From NCBI GenBank assembly GCA_965216315.1, contig CBDCFN010000015.1, forward strand, positions 32,001 to 96,000: DNA of 64,000 nt. Reading direction: 5' to 3'. Both the position numbers and the translations under genes were made by a program. Positions 28,462 to 38,391 of the stretch are shown here, piece after piece. The notes beneath the pieces were generated by a model. That model made no database searches, had not been told where the DNA came from, and worked only from the letters and a program-made list of their open reading frames with translations. Numbering within the stretch: the stretch's first letter is position 1; each line of letters starts with the position of its first letter. The DNA comes from a bacterium. GTDB lineage: Bacteria > UBA10199 > 2-02-FULL-50-16 > JAJFLM01.

Positions 28462-29193
28462 TCAGATCAGCGACTGGCCGCCGTCAACGACGAAATAACT
28501 GCCTGTGGCGTAGTTCTGTTCGGCCAAATAAAGCACCTGTTTCACAATGTCAGCGGTAGAACCCCAACGCTTGAGCAGGGTCTTTTCAGCCACGGTTTCT
28601 TGCTCCTCCGCTTCCATGCCCAGGGGTGCCAAGATAGGCCCGGGACAGACGGCATTGACGAGAATTTCCGGCGCCAACTCTTTAGCCAGACTCTTCGTGA
28701 GCGCCAGCAATGCCGCCTTTGACGTACAATAGGCAACGTAGTTTTTCATCGGCCGCAAGCCCGTCCAATCGACCATGTTAATGATACATCCTCTTGATTT
28801 GCGTTTCATCGCCGGACTGAACTGTTGAGCTAAAAAGAAAGGCGCTTTGACGTGGACGGCAAAAAAATCATCCCAGTGTTCATCATTAGTCGTTTTATAA
28901 GGAGTGGGATAAAAACTCGATGCATTATTAATCAGGACATCCACCATCTCATAGTCGCGAATTATCTGTCGCGCCATTGCCTGAATCTCATCATGCCTCC
29001 GCAGATCCGCCTGAAAGGCCTCGGACTTGACGCCCTTGCCTTGAAGTTCCGTCACCAATTCCAAGGCCTCTTTTTCAGACTTATTGTAATGAATGAGTAC
29101 GTGGGCCCCTTTATCTGCAAAAGCATGCGCCATTTCTCGCCCAATGCGTCGCGCGGCCCCGGTAATCAGAATGGTTTTCTCTCGAAGTTCCAT
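28462..29193 (-). CDS. SDR oxidoreductase (pteridine reductase/FolM-like)
   Basis: TGAARRIG, NNAS.F, YCTSK. Confidence 0.88.
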   Translation of the reverse strand: MELREKTILITGAARRIGREMAHAFADKGAHVLIHYNKSEKEALELVTELQGKGVKSEAFQADLRRHDEIQAMARQIIRDYEMVDVLINNASSFYPTPYKTTNDEHWDDFFAVHVKAPFFLAQQFSPAMKRKSRGCIINMVDWTGLRPMKNYVAYCTSKAALLALTKSLAKELAPEILVNAVCPGPILAPLGMEAEEQETVAEKTLLKRWGSTADIVKQVLYLAEQNYATGSYFVVDGGQSLI

Positions 29194-29568
29194 TTATGCA
29201 TGCCTCACCACGGCCACTAGCCATAGGAGCCAACCGGCCAAAAAGGCCAACCCGCCGATAGGCGTCACCGCGCCAAACCCTTTGATGCCGCTTAAGACCA
29301 GGACATAGAGGCTTCCAGAGAAGAACACAATCCCAAGTGTAAAGCTCCAATAAACGAAAGGAGCCGCCAGGCTGTTTTGTTTCAACCAGAGACCGACTCC
29401 AATGAGTGCTAACGCGTGAAAAAACTGATAGGTCACCCCCGTCTGCCATGCCGTCAGCATCTCTGGGGCAACATGATTTTTGAGGCCATGTGCTCCGAAG
29501 GCGCCCAACGCTACGGATAGAAACCCATTTATAATCCCTGTGATCAGTGCGATTTTTTCCATACCCAT
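29194..29568 (-). CDS. DUF423 membrane protein
   Basis: LGAFGAHGL, FSGSLY, TPIGG. Confidence 0.92.
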   Translation of the reverse strand: MGMEKIALITGIINGFLSVALGAFGAHGLKNHVAPEMLTAWQTGVTYQFFHALALIGVGLWLKQNSLAAPFVYWSFTLGIVFFSGSLYVLVLSGIKGFGAVTPIGGLAFLAGWLLWLVAVVRHA

Positions 29569-30009
29569 TTATCCAAAATGCAGTGACAGCCACAGTGCCA
29601 ACTGCTCTACGTCATTATAGTAATGCTCCACGATGAGCCCCACGATGAACCAAACCGGAGCATGGGCCAATTGGATCTGCCCCTGAAAATTATATTTTCC
29701 CGTGTACTGCCAGATGTGCGCTCCGGTCAGCTTGGTAAGCAAGGCTCCGGTCACATACTCAACAATATAAATCGCAATCATATAAATAAAACCGCGGGCC
29801 ACCCAGGACATATGGTCAATGGCCTGATTGACGGGATCGAACAGGAAGGCCAGCAGCCCATAAATTGGGAACATCCAGATATAGGATTCTCCATTCAGGC
29901 GCCACTTGCGCGTCTTGATCAGGCCGGCCACGGCCGTAAAAATCACCTCGCCAAAGATGCCGAGGACGCCGAAGAGGATAAAAAGCCAAATTTTGGGAGA
30001 AATCACCAT
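29569..30009 (-). CDS. Membrane protein (putative ABC-type permease family)
   Basis: G.SY.WMFPIYG, EY..G, WQY....N..G.I. Confidence 0.7.
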   Translation of the reverse strand: MVISPKIWLFILFGVLGIFGEVIFTAVAGLIKTRKWRLNGESYIWMFPIYGLLAFLFDPVNQAIDHMSWVARGFIYMIAIYIVEYVTGALLTKLTGAHIWQYTGKYNFQGQIQLAHAPVWFIVGLIVEHYYNDVEQLALWLSLHFG

Positions 30010-30080
30010 CTTGACAACTCATAGATCCTGCTTAGCTTTTGTTCAAGGCTGAAAATGAACATTAAATGGAGGATAAAATA

Positions 30081-30560
30081 ATGGTCGTTCGTCATTTAAC
30101 GCCCTTTAGGGGTCGTCGGCATCGGGCCGTCTTGGATCCACTACGGATGCTCGATGATTTCTTTGAGGATATCGGTAACAATTCGGAACTGGCTCCGCGG
30201 ACATGGACCTCCGCGGACGCGGATTTCATTCCACACCTGGACGTCATCAACGGCGAAAAAGAGATCCAGGTCCAGGCGGAATTGCCGGGACTTACGGAAA
30301 AAGACATCGATGTCTCCATTGAAAACGATGTCCTCACGATTAAGGGCGAGAAAAAACAGGAAAAAGAGGAAAAGAGTGAGGGCTATTATCGAATGGAACG
30401 CAGCTATGGTACGTTTCACCGCGAAGTCCTTCTCCCCGCAGATACGGTAGAAACGGACCACGTTAACGCCTCGTTCAAGAACGGCGTGCTGACGGTCCGA
30501 GTTCCCAAAAAAGCGGTGAAGGAGAAGAGCACGAAGAAGATCGATATCAAAGCCGAATAA
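30081..30560 (+). CDS. Hsp20/alpha-crystallin small heat shock protein
   Basis: AELPG, LTIKGEK, ERSYG.F.R, ASFKNGVL; GGAGGA RBS at 30068. Confidence 0.95.
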   Translation: MVVRHLTPFRGRRHRAVLDPLRMLDDFFEDIGNNSELAPRTWTSADADFIPHLDVINGEKEIQVQAELPGLTEKDIDVSIENDVLTIKGEKKQEKEEKSEGYYRMERSYGTFHREVLLPADTVETDHVNASFKNGVLTVRVPKKAVKEKSTKKIDIKAE

Positions 30561-30582
30561 CGACGAGGCGTCCATCAGCTTT

Positions 30583-30610
30583 GGGAGGGCGGGCAAAGCC
30601 CGTCACTCCC
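30583..30610 (+). terminator. GC-rich hairpin after hsp20
   Basis: gggag-ggcgggc-aaa-gcccgtc-a-ctccc; no U-tract. Confidence 0.5.
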
Positions 30611-30655
30611 TCGCTCCTCGTTGACCCTATTTACTAATCTCTTTAAATATGGTTA

Positions 30656-30752
30656 GTGACCCACATTGCCAGTGGGCGGGTCCTGCCGCATACGCAATCC
30701 TTTTGCTGCGTCTAAAAACGACGTTCAAAAGGATCGCTCGCGTCACCCGCCT
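30656..30752 (+). promoter_or_regulatory. Structured 5' leader of yccA-like gene (candidate cis-regulatory RNA)
   Basis: Several nested and alternative stems downstream of TTGACC-N17-TAAATA (30621-30649). Confidence 0.45.
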
Positions 30753-30779
30753 AGAGTACATCAAGTGAGGAGAAACAAC

Positions 30780-31496
30780 ATGCAGCCTATGCAACAACCC
30801 CAATATAATTTGCCGCAAACCGAAACCGCGGCCACCGCCGCCATCTCAGCCTTCTTCAGCAGGGTCTATACCTGGATGGCCTTGGGGCTGGCCCTTACCG
30901 GTGCCATCGCGGCCTACGTCTCCTCGCGTCCCGATCTAGTCGCGCTCTTGCTCGGCAAGCAATTGAATTTCTTTCTCTTGATCGGCGCCACCCTCGGTCT
31001 CGTGATGGCCATCTCCTGGGGGATCAATAAGATCAGTGCGCCGGTCGCGACCGGACTCTTTCTGCTCTATGCGGCGCTCAATGGCATTTTATTTTCATCA
31101 ATCTTTCTCGTCTACACCGGCGAGTCGATCGCCAAGGTCTTCTTTATCACCGGCGGCACCTTCGGCGTGATGAGCATTTATGGTTTTATCACGAAGACCG
31201 ACCTCACCCGCGTCGGGCAAATCGCCTTTATGGGCTTGATCGGCGTCATCATCGCCTCGATCGCCAACTGGTTTTTCAAGAGCTCGACCTTGAGCTATAT
31301 TATTTCCTACGTCGGTGTTGCCGTGTTCGTTGCCCTGACGGCCTATGATACGCAAAAACTCAAACACATTGCTCTCCAGGTTCGGGAGGGAAGTGAAGGC
31401 TTTGCGAAGGCGTCCATCATCGGCGCCTTGACGCTCTACCTTGATTTCATCAATTTGTTTCTGCTGCTGCTACGCCTCTTCGGGAGGCGGCGCTAG
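30780..31496 (+). CDS. Bax inhibitor-1/YccA family membrane protein
   Basis: VY.WM..GL, TK.DL, AYDTQKLK, GAL.LYLDFINLF; GAGGAG RBS. Confidence 0.95.
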   Translation: MQPMQQPQYNLPQTETAATAAISAFFSRVYTWMALGLALTGAIAAYVSSRPDLVALLLGKQLNFFLLIGATLGLVMAISWGINKISAPVATGLFLLYAALNGILFSSIFLVYTGESIAKVFFITGGTFGVMSIYGFITKTDLTRVGQIAFMGLIGVIIASIANWFFKSSTLSYIISYVGVAVFVALTAYDTQKLKHIALQVREGSEGFAKASIIGALTLYLDFINLFLLLLRLFGRRR

Positions 31497-32732
31497 CTCG
31501 GCTACGATGTGTGCCGCTTGTTGATAGGCGCGGGTGGCGGAGACTGAATCCTGGAACGGACGTCGATAGATGTGAATGACATGATGGGGCTCCATCGGCA
31601 CCAGGGCGTGGACCGGAGTAAATCCTAAGGCTCGCAAGACAAAATCTTCCAATGCGCCACCGGAATAAGGAAAATCCGAAACGGCAATCAAGCCGCCCCG
31701 CCTGACCGTACGGGCCAATTGCAAGGTCCCCAGTACCGTCAATGGACCCGGTTCGGGGGCCAGGTAACGCAGGGCATAGAGGGCAAGTGAAAAATCGGCC
31801 CAGCCGGCGGATCCCTGGTAAAATAAAAGGTCTCCAGCTTCCGCGGTCAAGCGCCGCGCCATTTCAACGGGATAGTTCAGTTGCAATAAGGGAATAAAAC
31901 CGGTGTCATCCGGCGAATGCCTCTTGAAGTGAACCCCACCACGCTTGATCTCTTTCATGGCCCAATCGACATCAACATGATTGAAGTAGGTTAATAGCTT
32001 ACGCATCGGAAGTTCACGCAGCTGATATTCAAACCATTCGCGTCGCCTGAAACGATCGCGGAGTTCATTTAAATAACCGCCAGGACCGGCAACCTGGGGA
32101 CTGATCATCACGCCACTCTCGCGAAACTCACGCGCTCGTTGGATGATACTCTCTTTCATTTCAATGTAGCGGACCTCTCCGCATCGCGCCGCAACGGCTA
32201 ACAATTCAAGTGGCTCCGCAAAATAGAGATCATACGCCACATCGTTTTCCTCTTCGAGTCGATGTGGGGCATCAGGATAAAAGGCCAGTTGTGCCCCAAT
32301 ACCCACTCCAAAAACCTTGAGATCATGGCGTCCCCGTAATGGAGAACGTTCATAGAGCCAACGCCACAGCGAGGCATAGCGCAAAGGTCGCGTATAGTTG
32401 GCCGCCTGCCAACGACCAGACGTTTTTTCGGATAACTGTGTCGCCTCCTCCAACACGCGATAGTCCGGATCCGTCCCGACTGACAGTTTTTCGGCGCTAC
32501 TTTGGTGAAGGCGGGCTTGCAATTCCGTTTCAATGCATCCCGAACTCAACAAACGATCGAGGCGTACTTCCAGTTCATGCGTACTCACCGGCGCCGGACG
32601 CGTATAGGTTGAGGCCACATGCGCCGAATCGACCAAATTGCGGCTTACCTGTGACAAACGGTTCCACCAGAGGGGCGCGCCCGCCAGGACCGGCGTCGCG
32701 GTCAGCGGCAGGCTTGCAAGTGACACATACAT
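31470..32732 (-). CDS. Methyltransferase-like protein with uncharged N-terminus
   Basis: VFGVGIG motif I-like, AGDLL, ADFSL, VRRGG. Start reassigned to ATG 32732. Confidence 0.62.
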   Translation of the reverse strand: MYVSLASLPLTATPVLAGAPLWWNRLSQVSRNLVDSAHVASTYTRPAPVSTHELEVRLDRLLSSGCIETELQARLHQSSAEKLSVGTDPDYRVLEEATQLSEKTSGRWQAANYTRPLRYASLWRWLYERSPLRGRHDLKVFGVGIGAQLAFYPDAPHRLEEENDVAYDLYFAEPLELLAVAARCGEVRYIEMKESIIQRAREFRESGVMISPQVAGPGGYLNELRDRFRRREWFEYQLRELPMRKLLTYFNHVDVDWAMKEIKRGGVHFKRHSPDDTGFIPLLQLNYPVEMARRLTAEAGDLLFYQGSAGWADFSLALYALRYLAPEPGPLTVLGTLQLARTVRRGGLIAVSDFPYSGGALEDFVLRALGFTPVHALVPMEPHHVIHIYRRPFQDSVSATRAYQQAAHIVAELAPPPEEA

Positions 32733-32739
32733 AGGCCGT

Positions 32740-32766
32740 CTATCGACCTGGCCACAAAAATGTTGT
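32740..32766 (-). promoter_or_regulatory. Sigma-28-like motif ACAAC-N16-CGATAG
   Basis: 7 nt upstream of ATG 32732. Confidence 0.72.
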
Positions 32767-32804
32767 GGCTTGACCGCAGCACAGGGACATGAAATGCCCA
32801 TGAG

Positions 32805-33626
32805 ATGAAGCTTTTTGATGCCCATGTTCACCTCTGGCCCAATCGGCTCCATGAGGCGATTTGGAAGTGGTTCGATGAACACGCTTGGCAAATCCGCTAT
32901 AAAATCTATGCAGACCAAGCCGTTCAGCAACTCAGTGAACAGGGTATTGATGGGTTTCTCGTCCTCAACTATGCGCACAAGGCAGGGATGGCCGAGTCCC
33001 TGAATGAATGGACCTACAACTTTTGTAAACGATATCCGCAAGCCGTGCTCCTCGGGGCCATTCACCCTGACGATGAAAATCGAGATAAAATCTTAGAACG
33101 TTGTTTCAATGACTATGGTTTTGCCGGGATCAAGTTTCATTGTCACGTCAGTGCGATCCGCCCCGATGACGAACGCATGTTCCCTATTTATGAAAAACTC
33201 ATCGAGCATGACAAACTCATCGTCTTGCATGCCGGTGTCGGACCCAGTCTGCGCGGGTACAAAGAAACCACGAAAGACATCAGCGGAATCCGTTTTGTCG
33301 AACCCGTCCTCAGACGCTATCCGCAACTCAAGATGATCATGCCCCATCTCGGCGCCGATGAAGTCGATGAGTTCTTCGACCTCATGGACCCGTACCCCAA
33401 CCTCTGGCTCGACACGACCATGGTCGTTGCGGGTTTCTTCCCGCTCGAGATACCCTGGGGCAAGATTGAACACTATTCGGACCGCATCCTCTATGGCAGT
33501 GACTTCCCCCACATCCCCTACGACATGATGACGGAGATAAACGTCATCCAAGAGGCGCCCTTGTCCCAATCAGCGAAACAGAATCTCTTCTACGCGAATG
33601 CCGCCCGCCTCCTCGGACTGCGCTAA
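32805..33626 (+). CDS. Amidohydrolase_2 family protein
   Basis: DAHVH, GIKFH, LHAG, PHLG, LYGSDFP, NAARL. Confidence 0.9.
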   Translation: MKLFDAHVHLWPNRLHEAIWKWFDEHAWQIRYKIYADQAVQQLSEQGIDGFLVLNYAHKAGMAESLNEWTYNFCKRYPQAVLLGAIHPDDENRDKILERCFNDYGFAGIKFHCHVSAIRPDDERMFPIYEKLIEHDKLIVLHAGVGPSLRGYKETTKDISGIRFVEPVLRRYPQLKMIMPHLGADEVDEFFDLMDPYPNLWLDTTMVVAGFFPLEIPWGKIEHYSDRILYGSDFPHIPYDMMTEINVIQEAPLSQSAKQNLFYANAARLLGLR

Positions 33627-33697
33627 GTCACCCGTTTCGAATCCTGTTGAAGCCTATAAACCAAATATTAACAGCTAGTTAGAGCTTTGTTTTCATA

Positions 33698-33724
33698 GCA
33701 ACTTCTATGGAGGCACTGCGATAA
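33698..33724 (+). promoter_or_regulatory. Sigma-28-like motif GCAAC-N16-CGATAA
   Basis: 10 nt upstream of ATG 33735. Confidence 0.75.
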
Positions 33725-33734
33725 GCGCACTGCA

Positions 33735-35051
33735 ATGACTGGCTTATTTGCACCCATGCAGGCTTACAACGCCCAAACAGCCCTGGCCTCAGCCCAACAG
33801 CTGAACATGACGCCCATCTATGGGCTGATCCAGAATCTCACCGCGTTGCGGCTTCTAGCCGAAAATAACGACTTCACGGATGACGCCAGCTTTAACATCA
33901 AGATAAACGAAGAAGTTCAACGGCTCGGTCATAACTTACAGCAACTGCCGGAATGGATGCTCCCGGAATACATCCGCTCGCAGCTGGATGCACTTCCCAC
34001 CGATCCCGAGGAACGTCAGACCTTTATTGAGCAAGTCGAGGGGCTAGTTGCACGGGATAATTGGTTTCATAAGCGAGCACGAGGCGAATCGGTACGCGGC
34101 ACCGAACTCCTTGAAACGGACCCCGCCGCGAGTCCTGAACGAGAACGACCGCCTTTTATCCCTCGCGCTTACAAGACGGAGGTCCCGGTCCAAAGCGAAG
34201 ACCATGAACGGATCCGCCTCTCCGGTTATCGCATCGGCGAAGAATATGCCTTGTATCGCGCGCTCCATCCCGATTCGCCTTACAAATTAGTAAACCTGGC
34301 CTCCTTCACGGGCGGCGGCGTCAGCTCACATATTGTTCCCCAAGTGGTTCGATTGTTGAGGCGGGAAGGCCTACGAGTTAGAGAGATCACTTTATCCGCA
34401 CCCAATCAAGGACCTGGGCTGGTCCGCGCCGAAACTCGAGATCGCGTCGACACGGCAGACGTCATGATAATCGATGATGTCCAAGTCCTTCCGTCTAATA
34501 AGTACGATGAGCTGGCCCGCGGACTCAGCCGATTTTTCAGCAAAGATACGGAGCAAGACCGCTCTGTTTTAATCATCGGTGGGCATAAATTTCTACCGAG
34601 CGCTCCCGACGATCAACTTTTTCATTTACACGATATCACTAACAATACGACGGGCCGACACATCGCCAATGATGACGAACGCCTGGATGTCATTTTTGCT
34701 CCGAAGCCGCTTAATAGGCGTCAGTCCCAACGAGTCCTAACTCAAAGAGCCGGTCATCTTTCGAGCGCAGATAAATATCGTTACACGGATTTTGTCCTCG
34801 CCCGCATCGCGCCCTACTTGAGCCTCTTACGGGAATACACGCTCTCAGACCAAATCAAGAGCCTTGAAGATGGCTTGGTATTATTTGCCAACTTGTTCGG
34901 CGACCAAGAACGTCTGGCCCGCGCCCTCCGCCGAGCTTCTATTTTTCCCGGCACCGGAAACCACGTCGATCCTTTCACGCAATCCCTACAAGCGCTGCGC
35001 CGCGGCGTCGTCGGTGATGTAAAAAAATACCTCGACGAGTTGGCCGAATAA
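33735..35051 (+). CDS. Hypothetical protein, possible degenerate P-loop NTPase
   Basis: LVNLASFTGGGVSS (Walker A-like, no Lys) and VMIIDDVQ (Walker B-like). Confidence 0.6.
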   Translation: MTGLFAPMQAYNAQTALASAQQLNMTPIYGLIQNLTALRLLAENNDFTDDASFNIKINEEVQRLGHNLQQLPEWMLPEYIRSQLDALPTDPEERQTFIEQVEGLVARDNWFHKRARGESVRGTELLETDPAASPERERPPFIPRAYKTEVPVQSEDHERIRLSGYRIGEEYALYRALHPDSPYKLVNLASFTGGGVSSHIVPQVVRLLRREGLRVREITLSAPNQGPGLVRAETRDRVDTADVMIIDDVQVLPSNKYDELARGLSRFFSKDTEQDRSVLIIGGHKFLPSAPDDQLFHLHDITNNTTGRHIANDDERLDVIFAPKPLNRRQSQRVLTQRAGHLSSADKYRYTDFVLARIAPYLSLLREYTLSDQIKSLEDGLVLFANLFGDQERLARALRRASIFPGTGNHVDPFTQSLQALRRGVVGDVKKYLDELAE

Positions 35052-35063
35052 GCGAATCAAAAT

Positions 35064-35148
35064 TGTATCTTTTTCGCCCAGAATATTTTTACGTTTGAAA
35101 TAAATTAATATTTATTTCAAGTAGTTAGATAACTCTGTGTATCTTTTT
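35064..35148 (+). repeat. Direct repeat TGTATCTTTTT x2 (35064-35074, 35138-35148)
   Basis: Identical 11-mers flanking an AT-rich spacer upstream of the TIGR02147 gene. Confidence 0.55.
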
Positions 35149-35210
35149 GTGCACAATAATGTCTCGAAAGCCTTGATCTAGTCGTTCCATTTTCCTAAGG
35201 ACCTAGAACA

Positions 35211-36053
35211 ATGCCACCACGCGTGAACATCTATGAATACCTGGATTACCGTCAGTTTCTTAAGGACTGGTATGAAGCCACCAAACGAACCCGTGCCGGA
35301 ATGTCGTATCGTACCTTCTCTAAACGGGCAGGATTCAGCTCACCGAATACCCTTAAATTAGTGATGGAAGGGGAACGCAATCTGACCCCGGCCAGTATCG
35401 AAAAATTCATTCTAGGACTGAAACTTGATTCGAGAGAGCAGGAATTCTTTCGCAACCTGGTTCAATTTAATCAATCGTTTAACCCGGTCGAAAAAAATGA
35501 TTTCTACAAACGGCTGCTTCAATCGCGCAAGTTTAGCCAACTCAAACCGATTGAAAGGCATCAATACGACTATTATTCCAAATGGTATAATCCGGTCATT
35601 CGTGAACTGGTCGCCTCCCCACATTTTGATGGAACGGCGGAATGGATCGCACAAAATATCTATCCACCCATCACTCCCGCACAAGCTGAAAAATCAATGG
35701 AGCTATTAAAACTCCTGGGCTTTATCACGAAAAAAAAGGGGCGCTGGCAACAAACCACTTCCATCCTTTCAACCGGCCCCGAAGTGAAGTCATTCGTATT
35801 TTTTAACTACCATAAGAACCTATTGGCATTAAGCGGTGAAATACTAGAATCACTCCCCGCACCACAGCGTGATGTGAGCGCTTTGACACTTGGTGTCTCT
35901 AAAGACCGTCTGCCTTTTTTAAAGAAAAAAATTCTGGAATTCCGACAGGAAATTCTCAAGCTCGTCGCGTCAGACGAGCCATCGCAGGTATTTCATATCA
36001 ATATCCAATTGTTCCCGGTATCGCTTCCCTTGGACCCGGAGGATATGGCATGA
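35211..36053 (+). CDS. TIGR02147/DUF4423 family HTH-like protein
   Basis: Y.DYR.FLKD.Y, SYR.FS.RAGFSSP, G.RNL, YYS.WY..VIREL, NIQLFP. Confidence 0.88.
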   Translation: MPPRVNIYEYLDYRQFLKDWYEATKRTRAGMSYRTFSKRAGFSSPNTLKLVMEGERNLTPASIEKFILGLKLDSREQEFFRNLVQFNQSFNPVEKNDFYKRLLQSRKFSQLKPIERHQYDYYSKWYNPVIRELVASPHFDGTAEWIAQNIYPPITPAQAEKSMELLKLLGFITKKKGRWQQTTSILSTGPEVKSFVFFNYHKNLLALSGEILESLPAPQRDVSALTLGVSKDRLPFLKKKILEFRQEILKLVASDEPSQVFHINIQLFPVSLPLDPEDMA

Positions 36054-36832
36054 AGCGCATGAAGCTCCTGCTGATACTGATTCCATTCCTATGCCATTGC
36101 GGCAGTAGCGGAGGAACGGACTCGGGGAACCCGGATAAAATCAGCCTGAATATCATCAGCTATCGCTCCAGCGATTTTCAGCAAATCGCCGTGAACGGTC
36201 TGACTTTGAATACGGCGCAGGTCGTCCTAGATCGAATCCGTTTCCGCAGCCTCAACGAATGTGATGATGAATTTGAAAACGCGAGTCCCATCGAGTTCGG
36301 CGGACCCTTCATCATCGATTTATTGCAACCCTCGAGTCTCGTAGAGCTCGACGATCTCGATGTTCCTGCGGGAACCTATTGCAGCATCACACTGCGTTTC
36401 AAAAAAATCGCCGGCAATCCCAGCACTGAAAACGTGATTGTCGGTCGTAGCGTTTATATTGAGGGAGAACGGGGCGACGGCACTCCCTTTCAAGTTGAAT
36501 TAACTCAAGACGAAGACTTCGAACTGCAAAACGATGCCAATGGTTTCCTAGTCGACAATGCTGAAAGCAAAGAAAGTTTTTTCATCGCCTTTGACCTGGA
36601 GCAGTGGTTCAATAGCGTTAACCTAAATCATGCTACAACGAGCAGCGATTCAAACGGCGACCCCATCATTTTTATCAGTGCAGAGCAAAATTCAAACATT
36701 CAAGAACAAATAATCGACAATATTCAAGGCTCTGCCGATTTACTTCGGGATGAGAACAACGATCAAGAACTGGACGAAGAAGAACTGGAACCATCACTGG
36801 CACAGGGAAAAGAAGGAACTCCGGTGTTTTAA
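36050..36832 (+). CDS. Acidic lipoprotein
   Basis: Hydrophobic N-terminus then CGSSGGTDSGNP; overlaps the TIGR02147 stop. Confidence 0.72.
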   Translation: MKRMKLLLILIPFLCHCGSSGGTDSGNPDKISLNIISYRSSDFQQIAVNGLTLNTAQVVLDRIRFRSLNECDDEFENASPIEFGGPFIIDLLQPSSLVELDDLDVPAGTYCSITLRFKKIAGNPSTENVIVGRSVYIEGERGDGTPFQVELTQDEDFELQNDANGFLVDNAESKESFFIAFDLEQWFNSVNLNHATTSSDSNGDPIIFISAEQNSNIQEQIIDNIQGSADLLRDENNDQELDEEELEPSLAQGKEGTPVF

Positions 36833-36856
36833 TTTATATTTAAGGAGGACTCATTG

Positions 36857-38275
36857 ATGAATCATTCATTTAAATCGATTTCGGTAACATTATCATTGTT
36901 ATTTCTAGCCATGAGCTGCGGCGGGGGCGGCGGGGGCAAAAAATGTGACTTCCAAGCCCAAAGCGGCTGCGACGACGGTCAGGTCTGCGAGCAGACGACC
37001 GACGGCAAAAACGGCTGTTTTGAGCCTTTTGCCGTGCGCGGGAATGTTTTCGATCTTGCCGACGAAACCCCCATCGAAGGGGCTCATGTCATTGCACGTG
37101 ATGCCAACGGATCCGTAGCCAGCACACTGGCCGTCACGGATGCTGATGGGGCCTATGAATTAGAAGTCTCCGTTACGCGCGATGAAGACGGCAATCCGCT
37201 GGACAACAACATTACACTCCGCGCGGATGCGACGGGCTATCAAACTTTTCCTGGCGGCGTACGGCAAGCTCTCCCTATTGATCTGAGTACGGCTGTCGAA
37301 GACACGGCAGCCCTGGTTGTTGAGTCATCCTTGACGGATATAGCACTGATCGCGCTGGAAGGCGGAGCAGGCACGGCCTCAATCAGCGGAACAGTAGAAA
37401 TTCCCGAGGAGTCCGCCGGCGCCTTGGTCGTTGCCGAAAACGGTGGCGGCGCTGGTTTTACGGCTCTTGCCGACCGAGAAGGAACCTACAAAATATTCAA
37501 CCTCGATGCCGACAGTTACACGGTCCGTGGTTTCGCCCAGGGCGTCAACTACGACAGTCAGGGCGTAGATCTGGCAGATGATGAAGAAGCTACTGTTGAC
37601 CTGTCAATCGCCAATGAAGATGCAGGTGCCGTCAGCGGCAGTGTCCAAATCGTCAATGCGCCGGGAAGCTCACTGACATCAGTCATCCTGGCCGTGGAAT
37701 CCACCTTCGATGAAACCCTGGTCCGAGGCGAAGTCCCGCCTGGCCTTCGCGCTCCGGCCCCCGGAACTGCACCAAATATTTCTGGCGAATATCTGATCGA
37801 AGGTGTCCCCGCCGGTGACTACGTCATCCTCGCGGCGTTTGAAGACGACCTGCTCGTGCGCGATCCCGACCTTTCGATTGCCGGCACCAGCCTATTACGT
37901 ATCACGGTCGCTGCGGGAGAAACAACCGATGTGGAAGGCTTCAAGATTACCGAAGCATTGAACATTATCAGCCCGGGAGCCAGTGGCCAGGAAGCTGTCA
38001 GCAACCCGCCGACTTTCACCTGGGACGATGATTCGTCGGAAGATGAATACCAGGTCACGGTCTTCGATAGCTTCGGCAATATTGTCTGGGAAACCAGCAT
38101 CGACGGCGTCAGTGGTTCTGACCCCTCCGTCACCTATGATGTCGATGGCACCGGGGCCGGCACGGCAACCGCGCTGGAAGCCGATATGTTCTACCAGTTC
38201 CGAGCGACATCATTAAAAGATGGCGTACCGATTTCACAGACAGAGGATCTAAAAGGCGTTTTCTTTTTAGAGTAA
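36857..38275 (+). CDS. Lipoprotein with Cys-rich N-terminal module and carboxypeptidase-regulatory-like Ig domains
   Basis: LAMSC lipobox; C..C..C..C module; G.V.D..TPIEGA.V; TD.DG.Y; AAGGAGG RBS. Confidence 0.78.
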   Translation: MNHSFKSISVTLSLLFLAMSCGGGGGGKKCDFQAQSGCDDGQVCEQTTDGKNGCFEPFAVRGNVFDLADETPIEGAHVIARDANGSVASTLAVTDADGAYELEVSVTRDEDGNPLDNNITLRADATGYQTFPGGVRQALPIDLSTAVEDTAALVVESSLTDIALIALEGGAGTASISGTVEIPEESAGALVVAENGGGAGFTALADREGTYKIFNLDADSYTVRGFAQGVNYDSQGVDLADDEEATVDLSIANEDAGAVSGSVQIVNAPGSSLTSVILAVESTFDETLVRGEVPPGLRAPAPGTAPNISGEYLIEGVPAGDYVILAAFEDDLLVRDPDLSIAGTSLLRITVAAGETTDVEGFKITEALNIISPGASGQEAVSNPPTFTWDDDSSEDEYQVTVFDSFGNIVWETSIDGVSGSDPSVTYDVDGTGAGTATALEADMFYQFRATSLKDGVPISQTEDLKGVFFLE

Positions 38276-38286
38276 ACCAAACCAAA

Positions 38287-38354
38287 GCAGTCCATTGGAC
38301 TGCGTCTCAGCAGGGCCGCGGCAATGAATACTACCCCAATCATTTGCCGCGGCC
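38287..38354. other. Two tandem intergenic hairpins
   Basis: gcagtcca-t-tggactgc (38287-38303) and ggccgcggcaa...ttgccgcggcc (38314-38354). Confidence 0.5.
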
Positions 38355-38391
38355 GCTGTGCTTATCAAAACTACGGTACGGAGGATGATTC

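Noticed and set aside
30011..30061. CIRCE/HAIR-type heat-shock operator before hsp20
   Set aside because: Only a short TGTTCA-N10-TGAACA inverted repeat; it matches neither consensus.
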